From Chloroflexota bacterium (GTDB lineage Bacteria; Chloroflexota; Dormibacteria; Dormibacterales; Dormibacteraceae), in the NCBI GenBank assembly GCA_005883585.1, contig VBFD01000109.1, positions 35,813 to 99,812 on the forward strand: DNA of 64,000 bases, given 5' to 3'. The position numbers and the translations under genes are program-made. Below the pieces are notes generated by a model. The model worked only from the letters and a program-made list of their open reading frames with translations. It was not told the DNA's origin and searched no databases. Below, in pieces: positions 51,927 to 59,087 of this stretch (position 1 is its first letter; the number at the start of each line of letters is the position of its first letter).

Positions 51927-52820
51927 ATGCGTCTAGCGGCGGTCGACATCGGGAGCAACACCGTCCATATCCTGGTCGCCGACGTCGTCCGGAACAAGCT
52001 CGAGGACGTCGCCCACTACGTCGAGATGCCCGAGCTGGGCGCCCGAGTCGCCCGCACCGGTTCCATAGGCACCAAAGGCCGCATCGCGATTCGGGCGCTG
52101 AAATCGGTCGTCGCGCGGGCCCGCAAGCATGGATACGAGCGGCTGATCGCCGGGGCCACGGCAGCAGTTCGCCAGGCCTCGGACGGCGAAGCGTTTGCGA
52201 TCAAAGCCGGCGAGGTGATCGGCGCCCCGGTGCACATCATCTCGGGACGCCGGGAGGCGGAGCTGAGCTTTCTAGGCGTGGCGAGCCGCCACGCGGCGCG
52301 CCGCGAATGGGCGATGGTCGATCTCGGCGGAGCTTCTACAGAGGTCGTGATCGGACGAGGTCACGACATGCTTCGTTCGGCGACGCTGCCCGTCGGGTCC
52401 GGCGTCCTCTCCAGCACGTACCTGTCAGATCCGCCGCGCCCCGAGGAGCGCGCCCGGCTGCGAAAGGCCGCCCTGCGCGAGCTTGCGCACGCTCCCGACG
52501 GCGACATCGAGCGGCTCGTCGCCACGGGTGGCACCGCCTCGAACCTCCCAATCGTCCTGTCGAAGCGAAGCCCGCCGAGCGTCCTGACCACCGCCGACCT
52601 CCTGGCCTGCGAGCGCCGGCTCGACGCTCGGCGGGCCGCCGACGTGGCGCGTCACGTGGGGCTGCCGCCGAACCGGGTCAAGGCCCTTCGCGCGGGGGTC
52701 GAGGCCATGCTGCTCTTCCTGGACTGGTACGGGCTGGCGGTGCTCCAGATAAGCCACGAGGGGCTCCGCCACGGGATGCTATTGGCGTACTTGGAACGTG
52801 GCGAAGATTGGTGGCGCTAG
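51927..52820 (+). CDS. Ppx/GppA-family phosphatase (single N-terminal actin-like ATPase module, 297 aa)
   Basis: MRLAAVDIGSNTVHILVADV..., DLGGASTEVV and ATGGTASNL. Confidence 0.8.
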   Translation: MRLAAVDIGSNTVHILVADVVRNKLEDVAHYVEMPELGARVARTGSIGTKGRIAIRALKSVVARARKHGYERLIAGATAAVRQASDGEAFAIKAGEVIGAPVHIISGRREAELSFLGVASRHAARREWAMVDLGGASTEVVIGRGHDMLRSATLPVGSGVLSSTYLSDPPRPEERARLRKAALRELAHAPDGDIERLVATGGTASNLPIVLSKRSPPSVLTTADLLACERRLDARRAADVARHVGLPPNRVKALRAGVEAMLLFLDWYGLAVLQISHEGLRHGMLLAYLERGEDWWR

Positions 52821-52857
52821 ACCGTTAAGCGGTTTGGCCGGTGGGTAGGATGAATTC

Positions 52858-53841
52858 ATGGAGCGAATGACCGACCAGGGAGCGACCCTGAAGAGGGCGC
52901 TGGCGCTGACCTGCGTCATCCTGGCGGTCGAGTTCGCCGGAGGCGTCGTTTCGCACTCCCTGGCACTGCTTTCCGACGCCGGGCACGTGCTCACCGATGT
53001 GTTCGCGTTGGGACTGGCCTGGTTCGCCATCGAGCAGGCCAAACGGCCCGCCGACCGACGCCGGAGCTACGGCTACCAGCGGGTCAGCATCCTCGCAGCG
53101 TTCGTGAACTCCGTGACGCTGGTCGTGATCGTGATCGCCATCGCGATCGAGGCCGTTCGCAGGTTCGCGAATCCTGAGCCCGTTCAGGGCGTGGTCGTCA
53201 TCGCCTCAGCCCTGGTCGCCATCGTCATCAACGCTTATGTCGTGTTCGGCCTGCGGGGTCATGGCAAGAACCTGAACATCCGCGCGGCGCTGCTGCACGT
53301 AACCGGCGACATCGGAGCATCCGCCGGCGTGGTCGTGGCGGGCGCGATCATCTTGCTGACCGGCTGGCTGTACATAGACCCGATCCTTTCCCTGGGCATC
53401 GCCGCGCTCATCGCCTATGGCGCGTGGCGGATCGTGCGTGAGACCGTCAACCTGCTGCTCGAGGGCACGCCCAGCGAGGTCAACCTCAGCGAGGTGACGA
53501 ACGAGATCGCGAACACGGAACATGTGATCAGCTCGCACGACCTGCATGTCTGGGCGCTGTCGTCAGAGGAGATGGCGCTCAGCGTTCACGTCGTGCTCGA
53601 GGAGTGTCCGCTGGGCGATGCCGAGCATGTTGTGCGCGACCTCGAGACTCGGCTGTGCAGCCGCTTCGACATCGGGCATTCGACCATCCAGGTCGAGAGC
53701 TGCCATCCCTGTGGCGAGATCCATCACGGCGCCGGCGAGCACAACCATCCGCACGAGCACGTGCTGATGACGAGCTCTAGCCCATCGGGCGGGCGGGCAA
53801 TGCCTCCTCACGCTGCAGGATCCGCCTGGCGAGGGCGATAG
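52858..53841 (+). CDS. CDF zinc/cobalt/cadmium efflux transporter (CzcD/ZitB-like)
   Basis: HSLALLSDAGHVLTDVFAL, SYGYQRVSILAAFVN and HVTGDIGAS, with a His-rich tail HHGAGEHNHPHEH. The last 65 nt overlap the convergent gene. Confidence 0.85.
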   Translation: MERMTDQGATLKRALALTCVILAVEFAGGVVSHSLALLSDAGHVLTDVFALGLAWFAIEQAKRPADRRRSYGYQRVSILAAFVNSVTLVVIVIAIAIEAVRRFANPEPVQGVVVIASALVAIVINAYVVFGLRGHGKNLNIRAALLHVTGDIGASAGVVVAGAIILLTGWLYIDPILSLGIAALIAYGAWRIVRETVNLLLEGTPSEVNLSEVTNEIANTEHVISSHDLHVWALSSEEMALSVHVVLEECPLGDAEHVVRDLETRLCSRFDIGHSTIQVESCHPCGEIHHGAGEHNHPHEHVLMTSSSPSGGRAMPPHAAGSAWRGR

Positions 53842-55468
53842 CCGCCGCATACGTCGAGTCCATGCCGCGATACCTGAGGCCTCGCGCGCCCAGAGTGCGC
53901 GCTTGCGTGTACGGCGTGTCTGACGCGTAAAAGACGATGCCCAGGTCGAAGCCCAGCTTGGCCATGTTCACGCTCTCACCGAGCGGATAACGATCAGGCT
54001 GATTGATCTCGAAACAAGCATCGAGATACGGGCCGGCCTCCAGCTCCACGACCGTGTACCGGCCCTGGTAGTACATGTCGAGGTAGTCGCGGTTCTGCAG
54101 GAACGTTCCGCGCACGGCGACCGCGCGCTGGTTGTCCAGCGCCGAGCCGTAGACGAGATTGGGCTGCACGTCTGCTGCCGCGATGCAGTTGTCCAGCCAG
54201 TAGGTGTTGCCCGAATGCTCGTTGTGGACCGCGTTGGGGATCATCACGTCGCCGACCTCGGCGTTCAGGGTTGCCGCCTTGCCCAGGACGTAGACACCCG
54301 CGACCCATGCACTGTGCTCGGCAACTTGCCTGAGGATGTGGTAGGCGGCCAGACCCAGCGGGTAGTCGACGTTGACGATGCACGCATTCGACGCTCGCAG
54401 CTTCGCCTCGTCGACCGGACCGACGCGAGGATCGATTGCGGCAGGGTCGAGCTGCGAGATCTTGAAGACCTGGGCCGCTGAGTCGACGCCCGTACCGCGC
54501 GCCGGTATGTGTCGGATGCCGTTCGCCGTCTCGATCTCCGCTCGGCGGGCGCGCAAGCGGCTGCGATCCGGATGAAGATCGAACAGCTGACGCGCTCCGT
54601 AGTAGAGCCAGTTGTATCGGGAGGCGCGGCTGTGGCCGGCCTCGAGCTTGCGGCGCTCGTCGTTGAGGTCGGGATCGTTGACTCGAACGAAGTCGAGGAT
54701 GTCCTGCTCGAATTCGCGCGCGACCCCTGTCAGGACGTTGACGAGGCTGTGCGTGTTCGAGGACACGAAGTAGATCGGCGCCTCGCGGAGGCCCATCTCA
54801 TCCATCGCGGACTCGATAGGCTGCCACCACCGACTCGCGTTTCGCGCATAGCCGAGATGGCTGCCGCCGATCAGCCGGATGACGATCCTGCACTCGTCTC
54901 GCTTGATCGCCGCCAGGTTCGCGTCAAAATCGTCGCCCCACGCCTGGCGGAGCCTTTCCCAGTCGCCTTCGCCTGCTCCCGATGCTCGTCGCGCGTCGTT
55001 GTCGTTCAGGGGGACGTCCTGCAGCACGCCGTGCAGCTTGTTCCACTCGATCTGGTACGCGACGAGGGTGGGCACGAGGTCGTCGATGTCGGACGGGGAG
55101 GCGATGAGGACGGCGAGGGTGTCGCCACTGTGGTACCAGCGGCGGCGGCGGGCCGGCGCTTTGACGGCCTGCCAGCTGAGGATGTCTGCGCCGAACACCG
55201 CTCGAAAGCCCTGCGGGCTCTGACCCATGAGCACACGCCGGCAGCGAACGATCGCGCTCGGAAGGCGTCGTACCGCGTAGAGGAGGGCGCCCATGTCGAC
55301 CTGGGGCTCGGCCGCGAGGGGGTGGAGAACCGAAGCCATTGAGAGGTGGGCGTGGACGAGGGAGTCGATCTTGATGTCGCCTGAGCTCTGGAGCATGGTC
55401 GTGTAGGTCCGGACGTACAGCTCGACCGCCTGTCTCCCGGTCCAGCCGGCTAGTGGAGGCGTTTCCAT
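53777..55468 (-). CDS. Large protein with C-terminal nucleoside-phosphorylase-like (PNP_UDP_1-type) domain and about 330-aa N-terminal domain of unknown function
   Basis: 563 aa. The C-terminal third, IVNVDYPLGLAAYHILRQVAEHSAWVAGVYVLGKAATLNAEVGDVMIPNAVHNE...ELEAGPY, resembles the phosphorylase/AMP-nucleosidase catalytic fold. This assignment is from memory only. Confidence 0.4.
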   Translation of the reverse strand: METPPLAGWTGRQAVELYVRTYTTMLQSSGDIKIDSLVHAHLSMASVLHPLAAEPQVDMGALLYAVRRLPSAIVRCRRVLMGQSPQGFRAVFGADILSWQAVKAPARRRRWYHSGDTLAVLIASPSDIDDLVPTLVAYQIEWNKLHGVLQDVPLNDNDARRASGAGEGDWERLRQAWGDDFDANLAAIKRDECRIVIRLIGGSHLGYARNASRWWQPIESAMDEMGLREAPIYFVSSNTHSLVNVLTGVAREFEQDILDFVRVNDPDLNDERRKLEAGHSRASRYNWLYYGARQLFDLHPDRSRLRARRAEIETANGIRHIPARGTGVDSAAQVFKISQLDPAAIDPRVGPVDEAKLRASNACIVNVDYPLGLAAYHILRQVAEHSAWVAGVYVLGKAATLNAEVGDVMIPNAVHNEHSGNTYWLDNCIAAADVQPNLVYGSALDNQRAVAVRGTFLQNRDYLDMYYQGRYTVVELEAGPYLDACFEINQPDRYPLGESVNMAKLGFDLGIVFYASDTPYTQARTLGARGLRYRGMDSTYAAAIALARRILQREEALPARPMG

Positions 55469-55541
55469 CGCCTGAGTCTAGTTACAAAACCTTTACGCCT
55501 TCGGGTGGACGTAGGGGGCCGATTCGAGGTCTGATTGAGGG

Positions 55542-56171
55542 GTGATCAAAAGCATCGCCACGTTCCGACACGTTCGCGTCATTCGCGTTTTTGGGCTTGC
55601 GGCCGGCGCCGTCGCCGTCGCCGCCGGTGCGGTCTGGATGACCGCGTCGGCCGCCGGGCTCACCGTCGGCTTCCACTCCGGCGCGACTCCCTCCTCCCAA
55701 ACCTCCAGCGCGACGGTGGCCAACGTGGACCAGCAGACCGGCAAGGCCTCGGCCGTGTCCCAGGCGGACGCGATCAAGAAGAAGGTCGCGGGCCAGGCTC
55801 CTTGCGCGCTGCTGCCGTCCGCCCCGAAGGCCCCGAGGTCGGACCTCGGCGCTTACAAGGAGGCCCTGCTCGGCGCTGCAGCTTCGGCGCTTGGGATCAC
55901 CGATCAGCAGCTCACGGCCGATCTGGCGCAGGGAATGACGCTGTCGCAGATCGCCGCGGCCCAGAACCCGCCGGTGACCGAAGCGCAGTTCCGCGACCGG
56001 CTCATTGCCAAGCTGACGCCGCTGCTGGACGCGGCGGTCACGAAGAAGCAGTTGACGCAGGCGCAGGAGCAGGCGATCATCCAGCAGCTCAAGACCGGGC
56101 CCATCCCGTTCTGGAGCAAGCCCATGCCCGCGCCCAAGAAACCCGTCGCCGCGAGCCCCGCCGCTACCTAG
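55542..56171 (+). CDS. Secreted or anchored hypothetical protein (209 aa)
   Basis: N-terminal hydrophobic segment VFGLAAGAVAVAAGAVWMTASAAG, then an Ala/Gln/Leu-rich helical region. No family recognised. Confidence 0.5.
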   Translation: MIKSIATFRHVRVIRVFGLAAGAVAVAAGAVWMTASAAGLTVGFHSGATPSSQTSSATVANVDQQTGKASAVSQADAIKKKVAGQAPCALLPSAPKAPRSDLGAYKEALLGAAASALGITDQQLTADLAQGMTLSQIAAAQNPPVTEAQFRDRLIAKLTPLLDAAVTKKQLTQAQEQAIIQQLKTGPIPFWSKPMPAPKKPVAASPAAT

Positions 56172-56536
56172 CCGCCGAAACCTTCCTCAGGTGGGGCGCC
56201 GAGCCGGCGCATGAGCTCTTCGAGGAGCTGACGAGTCTCCGGGTCTGACATCAGGCGCTGCTGCATCTCCTCGGCCGAGCGGCGGATCTCCGGATCGGAA
56301 AGCAGGCGCTCGGACATGGCCTCGAAACGGGTCGCCATGTCCTTCATCGAGGCTTCCTGGGCGACCTGCAGGAGGATGGGTTGGCTCGCGGCGGCGACCA
56401 CCGCCTCAGCCTGGACCCTGATCATCTCGATGCCTTTGCAGCCGAGGCATTCGCCCTTGAGGCCGCAGTGACACAGCTGCGGGCGCAGGCGGTCGAGCGC
56501 GGCGTGAAGCTCAGACATGTCAGCGGGGCCGGCCAT
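56168..56536 (-). CDS. Hypothetical protein with CxC-x5-CxxC motif (122 aa)
   Basis: ...RPQLCHCGLKGECLGCKGIEM..., followed by repeated helical SDPEIRR/SDPETRQ segments. Lies 4 nt downstream of the FadD-like stop. Confidence 0.45.
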   Translation of the reverse strand: MAGPADMSELHAALDRLRPQLCHCGLKGECLGCKGIEMIRVQAEAVVAAASQPILLQVAQEASMKDMATRFEAMSERLLSDPEIRRSAEEMQQRLMSDPETRQLLEELMRRLGAPPEEGFGG

Positions 56537-56540
56537 GCCT

Positions 56541-58271
56541 TCAGGTTACGCGGGTTTGTGTTTTGCCCTCGTACATCGACTCGATCTGCGCGCCGTAGTG
56601 GTCCTGCACCACCTTCCGCTTGACGTCCAGCTTCAGCGACAGCTCTCCGTCAGCCTCAGAGAAATCGTGTGGCAGCAGGGTGAAGTACTGGATCGCCTCC
56701 CAGTTGCCGCGACCGGCGTTGACGGCATCGACCACCTTCTGCACGTGCGCCTTCAGCTCCACCTCATCGAGCCCCTCTTTGAGCGCCGCGTCCCAGTCGG
56801 GAACGACGAGGGCGGTCACGTACGGCTTTCCCTCGCCGACCACGACGGCCCGTTCGATGAGGTGGTCTCTCATGAGCTCGAACTCCAGCGGCTGCGGCGC
56901 CACGTATTTACCGACGGCGGTCTTGAATAGGGCCTTCTTGCGGTCGGTGATCTTCAGAAAGCCGTCGGCGTCGATCTCGCCGATGTCGCCGGAGTAGACC
57001 CAGCCGTCGCGGATCATCTCCGCGGTAGCCGCCGCGTTGTTGTGGTAACCGAGCATGTTCCCAGGGCTCTTGATCAGGATCTCGCCGTCGTCGGCGATCT
57101 TGAGCTGGACTCCGGGAAAGGGCTTGCCGACCGTGAGGAAGCGGTGGTGCGTGAGCGTGTTCGACGACGCGCCCGACGAGACCTCGGTCATGCCCCATCC
57201 ATTGAGGATCGGGACCCCGATCGCCCAGAAGAATTCTTCGATTTCCCGCGCGAGGGCGGCGCCGCCGCTGATGAAGAAGCGCAGGCGGCCCCCGGTCAAG
57301 CGCAGGCGAAGCGCAGCGAGCACGAGGCGGTCCGCAAGCATGTGCTGCCACCGGAGCATCGGGCCGGGATTGGTTTCGTGCGCGAAGCGCGTTCCCACTC
57401 GGATCGCCCAGCCAAAAAGCGCACGGCGCACCGCGGGCGCCTCGCGGACGCGCGCCATCACCGCCGAGTGCATCTTCTCGTACACGCGCGGGACGGAGTT
57501 CATCACGGTTGGCTTGACCTCGCCGAGCTCGTCAGCGAGGTGATCGGTGCCTTGCGAAATCCATGCCTGGCCGCCGAACAGAAAGCCGATGAAGATGCCG
57601 TTGATGCGCTCGAAGACATGAGAGAAAGGAAGAAACGAGAGGGTGGAATCGTCGGGGCCCAGCGGAAACACCTCGAGGATCGCGCGTGAGATGTCGACGA
57701 GGTTGCGATGCGCGAGCTCAGCTCCTTTTGGCTCGCCAGTCGTGCCGGACGTGTAGACGATGGTGCACACCCCGTCCGGCTTGATCTTCTCTAGGCGAGA
57801 TGCGACGTCGGCCAGGTGCTTCGGGTCCTGCACCGCCCACTGCGCAACCTCGACGTCCATGCGCACCACTCGCTGAAGCGGTCCGGCGGCGCTCAGCTTG
57901 GCCGCCAGCTTCTCGCCGGAGGCGATTGCCAGCACCGCGCCGCTGTCTGCCGCGATCTTCTGAGCGAGCTCGGGCGGGCTGCTGGGGTAGATGGGCACCG
58001 TCATCGCGCCGACCGACTGAATGGCGAAGTCGCAGTAGAGCCACTCGACTCGGTTCTCCGAGATGATGACGACCGCGTCCCCGGGCTTGACACCCGCCTC
58101 CACGAGCGCGGACGCGACCGCCAGCACCCAGCGCTGCATGTCTGCCCACGTGGCGACCGACCAGGACATTCCCGCCCGCTTGAAGTGGACGAGGGGCCGA
58201 TCGCCGAACCGTGCCGCCTGCCGAAAAAAGACTCCGACCGTGGTGCGGTCGGCGATCGCTTCCGGGTTCAG
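56541..58271 (-). CDS. Long-chain-fatty-acid--CoA ligase (AMP-dependent synthetase)
   Basis: IVYTSGTTGEPKGAEL (AMP-binding motif I), GWGMTE, YSGDIG and DRKKALFKTAVGKYVAPQ. The track ORF (to 58766) runs out of frame through greA. No ATG, GTG or TTG lies between greA and the conserved N-terminus, so the start is unresolved: CTG 58271 is listed, and the first ATG is at 58169. Confidence 0.8.
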   Translation of the reverse strand: MNPEAIADRTTVGVFFRQAARFGDRPLVHFKRAGMSWSVATWADMQRWVLAVASALVEAGVKPGDAVVIISENRVEWLYCDFAIQSVGAMTVPIYPSSPPELAQKIAADSGAVLAIASGEKLAAKLSAAGPLQRVVRMDVEVAQWAVQDPKHLADVASRLEKIKPDGVCTIVYTSGTTGEPKGAELAHRNLVDISRAILEVFPLGPDDSTLSFLPFSHVFERINGIFIGFLFGGQAWISQGTDHLADELGEVKPTVMNSVPRVYEKMHSAVMARVREAPAVRRALFGWAIRVGTRFAHETNPGPMLRWQHMLADRLVLAALRLRLTGGRLRFFISGGAALAREIEEFFWAIGVPILNGWGMTEVSSGASSNTLTHHRFLTVGKPFPGVQLKIADDGEILIKSPGNMLGYHNNAAATAEMIRDGWVYSGDIGEIDADGFLKITDRKKALFKTAVGKYVAPQPLEFELMRDHLIERAVVVGEGKPYVTALVVPDWDAALKEGLDEVELKAHVQKVVDAVNAGRGNWEAIQYFTLLPHDFSEADGELSLKLDVKRKVVQDHYGAQIESMYEGKTQTRVT

Positions 58272-58285
58272 GTCCTGAGCCGTGC

Positions 58286-58750
58286 CTACTTGACCGCTTT
58301 GATACTGAGTGTGAGCGTTCCCGACGGGACGCTGACCGTGATGCGGTCGCCCTTCTTCTTGCCCACGAGCGCGCGCCCGACCGGCGAGTCGACCGAGATC
58401 CGTCCGGCAGACGGGTCGCTCTCGACCGCGCCGACCAGGTGGTAGGTCTCTGCATGGCCGTCGGAGTCGACGACGTCGATCGTGGAGCCCGGTCCGGCGA
58501 CGCTCGAGTGCGACTCCTTGATGATCTGGGCCCGCCCGATCATCTCCTGGAGCTCGTAGATGCGGCTGTCGAGGAGACCGACCTCCTCCTTGGCCTGCTC
58601 GTATTCGGGGTTGTCCTCGATGTCGCCCGGCTGGAACGCCTCCTTCAGGCGCTCGCCCGCCTCGCCGCGGCGCTGCAGCGCGACTTCGAGGTCGCGCTTG
58701 AGCTTCTCGAGCCCCTCTGGCGTGAGCAATACCGGTTCTGTCAGGTCCAT
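58286..58750 (-). CDS. greA: Transcription elongation factor GreA
   Basis: 154 aa. LTPEGLEKLKRDLE...GDIEDNPEYEQAKEE... with C-terminal VDSPVGRALVGKKKGDRITV. Confidence 0.9.
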   Translation of the reverse strand: MDLTEPVLLTPEGLEKLKRDLEVALQRRGEAGERLKEAFQPGDIEDNPEYEQAKEEVGLLDSRIYELQEMIGRAQIIKESHSSVAGPGSTIDVVDSDGHAETYHLVGAVESDPSAGRISVDSPVGRALVGKKKGDRITVSVPSGTLTLSIKAVK

Positions 58751-58775
58751 CCCGATCTGGAATCATACCCGTCGA

Positions 58776-59087
58776 ATGGACCCGTCCGATCTGAGGACCG
58801 GGCTGGCCGAAAGGCTGGCGAGCGAGGCGCCGATAGACGCCGAAACTTTCAACTCCGCGTGCTTCATGCTCTCCCGCGCGCTCGAGGAGATCGCCTTCGC
58901 GGCGCCCGAGGCGGCGCCCCTGGTGAGGCGCCTCTTACGTGTGGCAGGCCGCGTGGTGATAGACGCCGGGCTGCCGGACTCGTCGATCGAGACCTGGCCG
59001 AACACCAAGGAGATGGCGCTGCAGTGGATCGACGAAGCGCTGCGCGACCTGGGCTACGCGGTCGAACCGCCGCCGAAGGTCAGTTGA
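58776..59087 (+). CDS. Hypothetical protein (103 aa), weak call
   Basis: MDPSDLRTGLAERLASEAPIDAETFNSACFMLSRALEEIAF... Divergent from greA. An internal ATG of ORF 58560..59087. Confidence 0.35.
   Translation: MDPSDLRTGLAERLASEAPIDAETFNSACFMLSRALEEIAFAAPEAAPLVRRLLRVAGRVVIDAGLPDSSIETWPNTKEMALQWIDEALRDLGYAVEPPPKVS

Noticed and set aside
51872-52828. 318-aa Arg/Gly/Pro-rich + ORF
   Set aside because: It is out of frame with the Ppx/GppA gene (51927-52820), which has the DIGSNT motif.
56541-58766. 741-aa ORF taken at face value as one protein
   Set aside because: Its first 160 codons or so are an out-of-frame reading through greA (58286-58750), which is clearly real. Only the AMP-ligase part is coding.
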